The notes below the pieces were generated by a model, which saw only the letters and a list, made by a program, of their open reading frames with translations, was not told the DNA's origin and did not search any database. The position numbers and the translations under genes are program-made. Below are positions 17,173 through 26,039 of a stretch of 52,254 bases of DNA, in pieces. Source of the stretch: a virus (Duplodnaviria > Caudoviricetes); IMG/VR virus record IMGVR_UViG_3300048817_000118, positions 1-52,254 of that record; one strand, 5' to 3'. Each line of letters begins with the position of its first letter. Within the stretch, counting starts at the first letter, position 1.

Positions 17173-17721
17173 ATGGACGTAAAGCAGATGAACGAGCGGC
17201 CCACGATGACGCTGGGCCAGAAGTACAACCCCATGCTCCCTGCGCACCTCCAGGGCGAGCCCACGGTAACAATGGTGTTCCCGCACAAGATGGGGCTCCA
17301 GCTGGACGACGGGGGCGGGTACCTCCAGTTCCAGGAGGGGGTGCAGGAAGTGCCGCAGAGCGTGGCCCAGCACCCGCACCTGCGCAAGAACGGCGCCAAG
17401 CCCTACGCCAAGCCCGCGCTGCCCAATGCGGCGGAGGAGGCCGCGCTGATCGAGCGCCTTAGGGCACGGGGGTACTACGTGGCCCCGCCCACGGCGGAAT
17501 CCGAAACGGCGGCGGCCATCGAGAGCTCCGAGAAGCTTGACGCCAACAGGCCGCGGACGGCCCAGGAAGCCGCCGCCGCCAATGCCAAGGCTGGTAGGCC
17601 GCTGACGGTGCAGGAAGCTGCCGCCGCCGAGCAGGAGGAAGAGGAAGAGGAGCAGCCGGTAAAGCCGTTCGGCCAGCAGAAGGCGGAGCTTAAGAAGAAT
17701 GCCGCTCCAACAAGGAAGTAG
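17173..17721 (+). CDS. Post-capsid hypothetical virion-associated protein
   Basis: GGAGG RBS; F.EGVQEVP..VA.H..L motif; Ala/Glu-rich tail. Confidence 0.7.
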   Translation: MDVKQMNERPTMTLGQKYNPMLPAHLQGEPTVTMVFPHKMGLQLDDGGGYLQFQEGVQEVPQSVAQHPHLRKNGAKPYAKPALPNAAEEAALIERLRARGYYVAPPTAESETAAAIESSEKLDANRPRTAQEAAAANAKAGRPLTVQEAAAAEQEEEEEEQPVKPFGQQKAELKKNAAPTRK

Positions 17722-18409
17722 CGAGAAGACCGTTTCGCGCAACATCCGCGAGATGGTCGAGAGCGGGCATCCGCAGAAGCAGGCGGTCGCCGCAGCACTA
17801 CATACAGCGAGGGACAATATGGGCATTGCGATGACGGCGGCAGAAGTGAACAAGCGGGCCGAGCGATTTTGGAACGGCGAGGATGGGAACATCGGCCCTG
17901 CTGAGAGTAAGGCGGAAGCTCCGATGCTGGCCGGAACTGCGGTTTCTAAGATCCCGGTGTGGCGCGGGGCGGGCATGGGCGACGCCATGGACGAGGTCAG
18001 CCCGACTCAGTCGGCCCCTCCAGATACGCGCAGCGATAACTTGCTGGAGCGCGGGCACGGCGGGATTCCGGGGACGGAGCCGCTGAACAGCGGCAGTGTG
18101 CCCAGTCCGCTGGCCAAGGACGACTTGGTGCAAGGCTCGGAGGCGATGGAGACTTCCGAACACCAAACGGACGGCATCGTCGGCGAGGTGAAGGGGGCGG
18201 CGCGGGCGGGCGCGGCGGCGGGGCGCAAGCTGGCGTCCGGAGAGGTGGTGGACGCTTCTCCCGATCCCGAAGCCGCTTTATCTAGGAAGCTAAAAGAGTC
18301 CAAGGAAAAGCGTGACTACGAAGCAGTCCACAAACGTGCTGCAGCCATTAAGGCTAACCCGAACGAGGCCAACCGGGGAGCGAAGCGCGACGTCAACCTA
18401 GGCAACTAA
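17699..18409 (+). CDS. Putative internal head protein
   Basis: N-terminal MPL..GSS..TVSRNIREM..SGHPQKQAVAAAL phage motif; low-complexity remainder. Confidence 0.65.
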   Translation: MPLQQGSSEKTVSRNIREMVESGHPQKQAVAAALHTARDNMGIAMTAAEVNKRAERFWNGEDGNIGPAESKAEAPMLAGTAVSKIPVWRGAGMGDAMDEVSPTQSAPPDTRSDNLLERGHGGIPGTEPLNSGSVPSPLAKDDLVQGSEAMETSEHQTDGIVGEVKGAARAGAAAGRKLASGEVVDASPDPEAALSRKLKESKEKRDYEAVHKRAAAIKANPNEANRGAKRDVNLGN

Positions 18410-18411
18410 CC

Positions 18412-18954
18412 GTGCCCATCACCACCCCAACCATCGCACCCGCGGCCTTGGAGTTTCTGGCGGACTTTCCGGAGTTCGACACCACGCTGGTGACGGACCC
18501 CGCCGCGCTGCAGTTCTCCCCGAGCGCTATAACTTACTGGCTCACGGTGGCGGGCTACATGCTGAACCAGAGCCGGTGGGGCAACCTGTACTACACGGGG
18601 ATCGAGCTGTTCGCGGCCCACAACCTCAGTTTAGAAGCCTGGAGCTCGCAGGGTGGCCCGCAGACCGTGCCCGGCATAGCAAAAGGCCCGATCGCCTCCA
18701 CGGGCGCGGGGGACGTGAGCGTAGCGTACAACACCGCCGCCGTGCTGGAGCTGGACGCCGGGCACTGGGCCTACACCACCTACGGCCAGCGCATGATACA
18801 CCTTATCCGGCTGATGGGTGTTGGTCCATTATATGTAGGCGGCGGGTTTGGGTTCGGAGGATACGGTTGCGGCGGCGGCTACGGCTACGGCGGGGGATTC
18901 TTCCAGGCGTGGCAGGGCCCCTGGACGTTCAACGTTCCCAATCCCAACGGATAA
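18412..18954 (+). CDS. Head-tail adaptor (DUF4054)
   Basis: F.ADFPEF, RWG, LFAAH.L, G.VSV.Y, W..TTYGQ. Confidence 0.85.
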   Translation: MPITTPTIAPAALEFLADFPEFDTTLVTDPAALQFSPSAITYWLTVAGYMLNQSRWGNLYYTGIELFAAHNLSLEAWSSQGGPQTVPGIAKGPIASTGAGDVSVAYNTAAVLELDAGHWAYTTYGQRMIHLIRLMGVGPLYVGGGFGFGGYGCGGGYGYGGGFFQAWQGPWTFNVPNPNG

Positions 18955-18956
18955 TA

Positions 18957-19151
18957 ATGTCTAGGAAAGACCTGGTTGTAACTCCGGGGTTCGAGGCGCA
19001 CGTGGCGCTGGTGTGCGCGTGTGGCCAGATCATGCAGCTTACCGAGCAAGGTGCTTATTGCGTCAACCCGGTGTGCGTGCTTAGTGCCAACCTGTACCAG
19101 GTCACGGTGCGCGTGGACGAGCTGCCCTATCCGGAAGGGGCCAGCGCGTGA
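18957..19151 (+). CDS. Small Zn-ribbon-like protein
   Basis: CACG...CVNPVC, 64 aa. Confidence 0.5.
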   Translation: MSRKDLVVTPGFEAHVALVCACGQIMQLTEQGAYCVNPVCVLSANLYQVTVRVDELPYPEGASA

Positions 19152-19531
19152 CGCCACGCGAGCGGCAGGTGGCGGGGCTGCTGCTCCAGGGCTGCGAGAA
19201 CCCCGAGATCGCGCGGCGGCTGCACATAGCCCAGCGGACGGTAAAGATCCACTTTAACCGGTTGTTCCACCGCTTCGGGATCAGCGGCGGAATTAAGCGG
19301 GTAAAGCTGGCGGTGCTCCTCTACGAGGCCGAACTATGTCAAGAAGGATTTCTCCCATCGTCGATCGGTACGGCTCCCGCGTGCTTCGCGAGCGGGAGTG
19401 GCGAGTTCTCGCGCTCATCGCGGAGGGGTGCAAGAACCAGGAGATTGCGGACATCTGCGGAACTACCAAAGATGTCGCTAAAAACTGGCTCCGAGCCATC
19501 TACGACAAGCTCGGCATGTCCAACCGGGTAG
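19148..19531 (+). CDS. LuxR/GerE-type HTH protein 1
   Basis: TPRERQV..LLLQG.EN.EIA..L.I..RTVK.H. Confidence 0.8.
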   Translation: MTPRERQVAGLLLQGCENPEIARRLHIAQRTVKIHFNRLFHRFGISGGIKRVKLAVLLYEAELCQEGFLPSSIGTAPACFASGSGEFSRSSRRGARTRRLRTSAELPKMSLKTGSEPSTTSSACPTG

Positions 19532-19572
19532 AGCTGGCAATGTGGTACGTGAAGCAGAGGAGCGGCATATGA
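19336..19572 (+). CDS. LuxR/GerE-type HTH protein 2
   Basis: L.ERE..VL.LIAEG.KN.EIA...G.T...VAKN.LRAIYDKLGMSNRVELA. Confidence 0.85.
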   Translation: MSRRISPIVDRYGSRVLREREWRVLALIAEGCKNQEIADICGTTKDVAKNWLRAIYDKLGMSNRVELAMWYVKQRSGI

Positions 19573-20276
19573 AGAGTTTAGCGCTTATGCTCGTATTGGT
19601 AGCTCTGGCGTTTACTTCCGGATGCAAGAAGTTACCGGACCAGGTCACGGTGCTGCGCAACAGTGGTAAGACCCTGGAGGAGCGGGTTACGGTGGGCACC
19701 TCGGGCGGCCCCAGCGTGATGTTAAGCTGTTCGCCGGGCGCGGTGACGGCGCAGAACGGCGCGGCCACCAGCTTCGCGTTCTCGCGCGGCACCACTGCCG
19801 GCACGTCCTGCTCCCCGCTGCCCACCATGTCGCCGCTGGCCACGGCCACTACCTGCGGACTGATCGACCTTACGGTGGCGGCTGGCGCCAACTACTGCTA
19901 CGAGGTGGCTGGCGTAAACTCCGCCGGGACCAGCGCCCCCGACGGCCCGGTGTACGCTTCGGTGCCCGCTGTCGCGGGGCCACCCAACCCGCCCACCGGG
20001 CTGGCCGTGGTTACTATTACGAGCAAGAACGTATTGCTAAAGTGGACCGCGCCCGCGCCGCAGCCCGGCGTGGCCGTGGTTAACTACGCGCTGTACAACT
20101 GCTACGACGCCGCTTGCCCTAGCCCCCCCGCGCCCGTCGCGGTGAGCGGGACTGGGTACACTGCCGTTTGCAACCACCAGAATAAGACCTGCTACTTCAT
20201 GCTGCGGGCCAACGATACGGTGGCGGGCAAGGCGGTGCAGAGTGCGCCCAGCAACATCGCGAAGGCCACGGTTTAA
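19569..20276 (+). CDS. Predicted lipoprotein with two FN3-like domains
   Basis: MKSLALMLVLVALAFTSG/C lipobox-like; YCYEVAGVNSAG.S and PPNPPTGL...LKWTAP...Y.LY FN3 motifs; several Cys. Confidence 0.7.
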   Translation: MKSLALMLVLVALAFTSGCKKLPDQVTVLRNSGKTLEERVTVGTSGGPSVMLSCSPGAVTAQNGAATSFAFSRGTTAGTSCSPLPTMSPLATATTCGLIDLTVAAGANYCYEVAGVNSAGTSAPDGPVYASVPAVAGPPNPPTGLAVVTITSKNVLLKWTAPAPQPGVAVVNYALYNCYDAACPSPPAPVAVSGTGYTAVCNHQNKTCYFMLRANDTVAGKAVQSAPSNIAKATV

Positions 20277-21094
20277 TGAACTGGCAGCCCCGAAAGCGCA
20301 CGGAGCAAGAGTACGAGCGGTCGATCTTCGGCCTGTTTGCTAATGCCCTGGAGGAGTCGGAGCGCAGCGGCGTGCCCGTGCGGCTGCTGAGCGGTGTGGA
20401 GTTCCTGGCGCGCTACGCGGAGCAGGCCGCGTTAAGGATGATCACGGCGCTGTACTTCGCCGGGGCGCGGACCTGGCGCGAGGCGGCGCGGGCCAGCGGG
20501 AAGACGGCGTTGATGTACCAAGCCCTGCAGCGGGAGATGCGGGGGCCGGTGGGCGCGCGGGTAAGGGAGCTGGTTCGGGAGAACGCCAGGCTAATAGGCA
20601 GTTTCCCGCAGAGCGTTGCCAGCGCAGTGGCAGCGCGGGCGGCGGCGCAACAACAGGCGGGCGGTCGCGCGTCGGAGCTAGCTGCTAGGTCCTCCTTACT
20701 CCGGCGCGCCGCCCGCTGGCGCGCAAGGCTGGTGGCCCGCACGGAAGTCTCCAAGGCGTCTACGGCGCTTACGCAGGCGCGGAGCGAGGCGCTGGGGCTG
20801 CCGTGGTACGTGTGGGAGACCTCTCAGGACCAGCGCGTACGGGCCAGCCACAGGAAGATGCAGGGCGTGCTGGTGGCATGGGCTGACCCTCCGTCGCCCG
20901 AGCTGCTGGTGGGGGAGAAGGGCGAGGGGCACTACTACAACGCCGGGGACATCTACAATTGCCGGTGCTATCCCGCGCCGCTAGTGCGGCTGGACCAGAT
21001 CAGCTGGCCCCACCGCGTCTACCGCGACGGGGCCGTACGCTACATGACGCTCTCGCAGTTTAAACGTCTAAACCAACAGGAGGTGGCCGCATGA
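20276..21094 (+). CDS. Head morphogenesis protein (SPP1 gp7/Mu F-like)
   Basis: RARLVARTE, YVW.TS.D.RVR.SH, YNCRCYP.P. Confidence 0.9.
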   Translation: MNWQPRKRTEQEYERSIFGLFANALEESERSGVPVRLLSGVEFLARYAEQAALRMITALYFAGARTWREAARASGKTALMYQALQREMRGPVGARVRELVRENARLIGSFPQSVASAVAARAAAQQQAGGRASELAARSSLLRRAARWRARLVARTEVSKASTALTQARSEALGLPWYVWETSQDQRVRASHRKMQGVLVAWADPPSPELLVGEKGEGHYYNAGDIYNCRCYPAPLVRLDQISWPHRVYRDGAVRYMTLSQFKRLNQQEVAA

Positions 21095-23943
21095 GACTTT
21101 TTAAGGCGCTGGGGGCAGTGCTGCTGTTTTCCGCCCTGGCGCTCGCGCAGGCAACGCACCCGCTGTCGTGCTCGCTGGCGACTACGCAGACCTGCACCAT
21201 CGGCAACGGCAACGGGGCCTTCGCCGCCAGCTTCGAGGAGGTGCCTTCTGGGTCGCCCGCCACTGTGAGCGTCACGGTGCAGGGCTGCATGAACACCGGG
21301 AACACCTGCGACGCGGCGGCCGACACTAACACGGCCACTACGGCCGCAATCCGGGGCGTGACGTTCACCAAGGTGTACGACTACTTTAAGGTGACGGCTA
21401 CGCTCTCCGGCGGGACCGCCCCCGTCATCGTCGTCAACCCAACCATTAGCACCGCTAATAGCCATGCAGGGAGCAGTGTAACCGGCACTGCTCCTATCGT
21501 GGTATCGGGTACAGCCATTTCCTGCCCAACTTGCGGCACTGGCACCGGATCAGTCAGCAGCGCTTCGGTCACCACAGCCAACGGCGTTTCAGGAACGGTT
21601 GCAACACCCACTACCACACCGGCGATCACTTTGACGCTGGGAGCGATCACGCCAACGTCGGTAGCGATTGGCGGCGGCACGGCCCTCACCAGCAGCAATC
21701 AGACGGGTACAGGAAGCTTGGTATTGGCAGATTCCCCTGCCTTGGTTACTCCTACTTTGGACGTAGCCACAGGAACGTCGTTGGCGCTTGGCGGAGGAAC
21801 AGCGTTAGCTACTACGAATCAGACCGGCACGGGGAGTCTCGTACTCGCCACGTCTCCCACGCTGGTTACTCCCGCGCTTGGAACGCCCGCTTCTGGAGTA
21901 GCAACGAACCTTACGGGATTTCCTACGCTGAATCAGAATACGACCGGAACTGCCGCCAATCTCTCCGGCACGCCTGCGTTGCCTAGCGGTACTACGGCAA
22001 CAACTCAAACGGCTGGAGATATCTCGACCGATCTGTCGAACGATGCGTTCGTAGCAGCGGCAGTGGCAGCAGCCGTCGCTTCTGGAACAGTTGGTCAACC
22101 CTCCGTATATACATCTACAGGTGGAATTGGATCGTCCCCCATTTATTACGATGTTACTAAGTTTACTGGGGCGACTGCGGACATCAAACTGTCGAATTGC
22201 CTGACCGCAGTCTCTTCAGGCGGAGTCTGCGACGCTCGGGGCTATGGGGCTACTACGCAAACGATTGCAGCCACCGTGAGCATTGGGCTTGTCGCGGCAG
22301 GAAATAAACAAGTGGTAGTATTTTCGCCAGCGACTTCCTTTATCCCATCGACTTCCTCTACCCAAATGTTCACGCTTGGGCCTTGGGCAGATGTCGCGGG
22401 TTTGCATATTGATACCAGTAGTCAAGTGTCTTATTCAGTAGCCGCGATTATTATCGCCGGGTATTACGGAGGAACGAACGGAGCCTACCAAGCAGCAATT
22501 CTTAAAGATTCTTGGGTAAATGGCGGCGCAAATTGGACCTCCGGCTCAGCGTGCTTAGAGTTAACGACGCCAAGTACCAGCGCCAGCACTTATTACGCAA
22601 GAGTGAACGGTTTTGAGTGTAACAACCTTTACGACGGAATTTTACTTTATGCTCCGAATACCAGCACTGGTGGCGTCAACGCCAACACACTGACAAACAT
22701 CAAATTGGGTGGTAGCGTCTATCCCATTGAACTAAATGGCAGTTCGGGGTTTGCGAACCCAGCGTTGCAGATGTCGGGCAACGTGTTCTCGAACGTCACC
22801 TCGGAATGGAACTCCTCCAACACAATCTACCAGATCTATGTTCATGGAAATGCATACGCCAACAACTTTACTGGATTGGAATTGTTTGATGCAACGACGA
22901 CTATATTCTTATCTGGAACCTCAGGCGGAACTGGTGGCAGCGGAGTCAATGGAAATTTCTTTGAAGGTTACATCTCTCCATATAGCGACACTACTACGGG
23001 ATTGCCGAATAACCCAAATATGTTTATTTGTCAAAATTGTTTGCAAGGGCAGTCTAACTTTGGTGGGGTTAATTCCTTGTGGCTAAATACTTCCGGCCAC
23101 GTTCAGACCAGCGACTACACTAATCCGGGGGGCTACATTGCGTGCTGCGTTGGTTCTACGGCTTCAGAAGAATTTATCTCATCCCCCGGAATTAGTGGCG
23201 CGGGAACGACTGGATGGCACTGGTATACGGCGAATAACTCAACAGGCGCACTTAACGCATTTGTAATGTCGCTTGACAATACAGGACTGCTCACTACGGG
23301 AAGCACGATCAGGGCTGGCGGTGGAGTCTATGAGGCGAGCACATCATCCCAAGCTCTTTCGCTTCTTGGGGGCTTGAGTTCGTCAGGAATAAATCAGACT
23401 CAAGGTGGTCTATTTGCCCGTGGAGCGGATAGCACCGGAACGGGCGCGAGCGAGGCAGGAGGGTTTGCGCTTCTTCGTGGTGGTATGTTGACCAACACCA
23501 CCCCGAGCGCAACAGCACTCGAAGGCGTCGTCCAGATAAGCGCTGGATTCTTAAAAGGGACAGCTGTTGCAAATGTAGGTGACGTGGTTTGTGGAACTAC
23601 GACAGCCTTTACCGTGACGGACTGCTCCCACACCGGGCCAGCGGTGAACATTATCGGCATTGCCACTTATACCGCGAATCCGCTTGGTGTGATTACGAAT
23701 GGGCTCGCTCTGGTGAAACTGAGTGCGGCCCTGACTGCTATTGGAGATACGGTTTGCATGGGAACGACCACGGACGGGCTAGCGGTGGATAGCGGCGGAG
23801 TAGGTGTGTGTGCTACCGCCGGAACCAGTATTGGGGTGATCGTCGCCGACTCTGGCACTGTTACAACTGCCTTTGGAGCTAACACGGCTGCGATCGCCAT
23901 GAGCACGACGTTGCCCTTGGTGAAATTAAACATTGGCAAATAA
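21091..23943 (+). CDS. 950-aa signal-peptide protein with stalk repeats and beta-helix-like domain
   Basis: MRLFKALGAVLLFSALALA/Q; TGTGSLVLA.SP.LVTP repeats; Asn-rich beta-helix-like middle region. Confidence 0.75.
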   Translation: MRLFKALGAVLLFSALALAQATHPLSCSLATTQTCTIGNGNGAFAASFEEVPSGSPATVSVTVQGCMNTGNTCDAAADTNTATTAAIRGVTFTKVYDYFKVTATLSGGTAPVIVVNPTISTANSHAGSSVTGTAPIVVSGTAISCPTCGTGTGSVSSASVTTANGVSGTVATPTTTPAITLTLGAITPTSVAIGGGTALTSSNQTGTGSLVLADSPALVTPTLDVATGTSLALGGGTALATTNQTGTGSLVLATSPTLVTPALGTPASGVATNLTGFPTLNQNTTGTAANLSGTPALPSGTTATTQTAGDISTDLSNDAFVAAAVAAAVASGTVGQPSVYTSTGGIGSSPIYYDVTKFTGATADIKLSNCLTAVSSGGVCDARGYGATTQTIAATVSIGLVAAGNKQVVVFSPATSFIPSTSSTQMFTLGPWADVAGLHIDTSSQVSYSVAAIIIAGYYGGTNGAYQAAILKDSWVNGGANWTSGSACLELTTPSTSASTYYARVNGFECNNLYDGILLYAPNTSTGGVNANTLTNIKLGGSVYPIELNGSSGFANPALQMSGNVFSNVTSEWNSSNTIYQIYVHGNAYANNFTGLELFDATTTIFLSGTSGGTGGSGVNGNFFEGYISPYSDTTTGLPNNPNMFICQNCLQGQSNFGGVNSLWLNTSGHVQTSDYTNPGGYIACCVGSTASEEFISSPGISGAGTTGWHWYTANNSTGALNAFVMSLDNTGLLTTGSTIRAGGGVYEASTSSQALSLLGGLSSSGINQTQGGLFARGADSTGTGASEAGGFALLRGGMLTNTTPSATALEGVVQISAGFLKGTAVANVGDVVCGTTTAFTVTDCSHTGPAVNIIGIATYTANPLGVITNGLALVKLSAALTAIGDTVCMGTTTDGLAVDSGGVGVCATAGTSIGVIVADSGTVTTAFGANTAAIAMSTTLPLVKLNIGK

Positions 23944-24045
23944 TTGGATTCGTTGGCGTTCTATCATTTCGCCGGACTCGAGATTCCCATGACCGAAGAC
24001 GAGCTTGCGCAGGAATTTGACCGACTGTTTCCGCCCCAATAACCC

Positions 24046-24276
24046 ATGAACTCCCTCGTCCGTACCCAAACCATCGTCAACGAACCAGTTTCCTTGGCAG
24101 CCATGAAGAACTGGCTCAAATTACCCGCCACGGTGACCGCTGATGACGGTGACATCTTGGATCTCATCTCGGAAGCGCGCATCCAGTGCGAACTTTTGAC
24201 CAACTGCGCGCTCGTCCGGTCAACGTTCGTCCAGTATCTCGACGACGACAGGAACTTTACTCGGCGTGACCTGTAA
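24046..24276 (+). pseudogene. Truncated head-tail connector (HK97 gp6/phiE125 gp8-like)
   Basis: EPVSLA.MK.WLK....DD..I..LI..AR..CE..T..AL...T...LD, then ends after 76 aa. Confidence 0.7.
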
Positions 24277-24400
24277 CGTGACGCCGAGCACCATAAACCC
24301 CAGCGTAATCACGGCCAAGGTCGTGACTACGAGTTTCAGCTTTGCTATTACCACTCCGACGACGAACCCTGACTGCTTTCAATACCTGATTGTGAACTGA
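24242..24400 (+). pseudogene. Orphan start-less C-terminal fragment of a fibre-like gene
   Basis: TTTGTLLGVTCNVTPSTINPSVITAKVVTTSFSFAITTPTTNPDCFQYLIVN*. Confidence 0.55.
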
Positions 24401-24409
24401 GGGTGACTT

Positions 24410-25201
24410 ATGCAGCGTAAGTATGGACGCAAGAAGCCGGGGCCACTGCCTCTGAATATGATGCTGACGCGGGCCACGCCGCTGCTGCTGCCGGTGGTGG
24501 ACCTGCGCAAGTGGGACGGCCCCATTAAGAACCAAAACAGCTTGGGCAGCTGCACCGGGCACGCCTTCGCGGAGACCGGAGAGCACATATTCCGCAAATA
24601 CTACGGCAAGCAGCCCATCTTCAGCCCGCTGTACACCTACGCCCTGGAACTCATCGCGGACGGCAACTTCCCGAACGACGCGGGCTCCGACGGGACCACG
24701 GGCTGCGAGGTGGTGGTGGCGAACGGCTACTGCGAGGACGCGCTGTACCCGGACGCCGGGCAGAACATCATCACCCCCACCGCCGCCATGAACGCCAACG
24801 CCGCACTGTGGCGTCTTACGGGACTGGGCGGCAACGGCGCTTACCACGGGCTGACGGGTTCGCAGGTGGCGCTTAGCGTCCTGGGCGACCCGGTGCCTTG
24901 GCCCGTGTGCATGGGCTTTACCGTAATGGCCTCGTTCGAGTCCGCCACGGTGGCCGAGACAGGCGTGTACTTGCCGCAGCCGGATGAGCAGATGGTGGGC
25001 GGGCACGAGGTGAAGGCCAGCGGCTACGACATCGGCACCATGGCCACCCTGCGCCCGTTTAACTGCCCGCCCGCCGTGCTGTTCCAGAACTCCTGGGGCG
25101 CGGATTGGGGGCTGAACGGCTATTTCTGGTGCCCGTTGAGTGTGCTTGACGACCCAAATTCGGATCTTAAAATTATCCATTCCGGTGGAATCTGGAAGTA
25201 G
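24410..25201 (+). CDS. Papain-family (C1A) cysteine peptidase
   Basis: VDLR...PIKNQ.SLGSC, GGHEV, QNSWG.DWG.NGYF: Gln, Cys, His and Asn catalytic residues present. Confidence 0.9.
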   Translation: MQRKYGRKKPGPLPLNMMLTRATPLLLPVVDLRKWDGPIKNQNSLGSCTGHAFAETGEHIFRKYYGKQPIFSPLYTYALELIADGNFPNDAGSDGTTGCEVVVANGYCEDALYPDAGQNIITPTAAMNANAALWRLTGLGGNGAYHGLTGSQVALSVLGDPVPWPVCMGFTVMASFESATVAETGVYLPQPDEQMVGGHEVKASGYDIGTMATLRPFNCPPAVLFQNSWGADWGLNGYFWCPLSVLDDPNSDLKIIHSGGIWK

Positions 25202-25209
25202 GTGAACCC

Positions 25210-25560
25210 GTGGAAGAGCCTCTACCTTATCAACCCGTACAGCAAACCTGGTTTCAGCGCTTGCAATCCATAATCAACCTAATCCTTGCCAAGGTGCAGC
25301 AGCTCCTTACCGGGCAGCAGCGCACTAATGCCGGAATCCAAGAGATCGAGCAGCACCTGGCGAAGCTGGACCTGGCCGCGCTCATGGAAGCCATTGCCGC
25401 GCTTGGCGCAGCCGTGGCGCAGCTGGGCAACGCCGAGTCCGCCGGGTTCGCCGGGCTGAACCAGCAGATCGCCACCTTGCAGGCCGAAGTAGAAGAGCTT
25501 TTAACCGCCCCCGTACAACAGATCGCCGGGTGTACGGCGACCTTAAACATCGATGAATAG
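25210..25560 (+). CDS. Coiled-coil hypothetical protein
   Basis: 116 aa, heptad-like, in the operon. Confidence 0.6.
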   Translation: MEEPLPYQPVQQTWFQRLQSIINLILAKVQQLLTGQQRTNAGIQEIEQHLAKLDLAALMEAIAALGAAVAQLGNAESAGFAGLNQQIATLQAEVEELLTAPVQQIAGCTATLNIDE

Positions 25561-25598
25561 TAACTAACGAGTTCCTAACTTAGGAAAAAAGGAGCATT

Positions 25599-26033
25599 AT
25601 GACACTACCAGCAAGAAAAGTAGCCAAGAAGGCCACCGCCACGCTGAACGTTCTGGACGACGGAACGGCATCCATCTCCCTTAACTTCACCGACGTAGAC
25701 GGCCTGCCCATTACCGGGCTTACCGCCTACCCGTCGCAACTGGCCCAGCCCACGTTCGCCAGCTCGGACCAGACGCCGGGGCCTAGCGCGTTCCTGATAA
25801 CGCCCTCGGCGCTGCCTAGCTCCAACGCCGTCACGGGCGGACTGACGGTAGCCAGCGTGTCCTGCGTCGCGCCGGTGGTGCAGCCTCCGGCCGCCAACGT
25901 GGACTTCACGGTTACCATCGCCAGCGGGTTTACCAACCAGACGGCCCCGCTCGTCATGGATGCCGGGGACCTGAGCATCGTGGCCGACCCCAGCGCGCTG
26001 GGCGGGTTCGCGGCGGTAACCAGTACCCCGTAG
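25599..26033 (+). CDS. Beta-rich hypothetical protein
   Basis: AAGGAG RBS; 144 aa. Confidence 0.65.
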   Translation: MTLPARKVAKKATATLNVLDDGTASISLNFTDVDGLPITGLTAYPSQLAQPTFASSDQTPGPSAFLITPSALPSSNAVTGGLTVASVSCVAPVVQPPAANVDFTVTIASGFTNQTAPLVMDAGDLSIVADPSALGGFAAVTSTP

Positions 26034-26039
26034 GCTGCT

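Noticed and set aside
25210-26033. Holin/spanin lysis cassette
   Set aside because: No clear TM or lipobox and no endolysin nearby; lysis genes probably lie outside the window.
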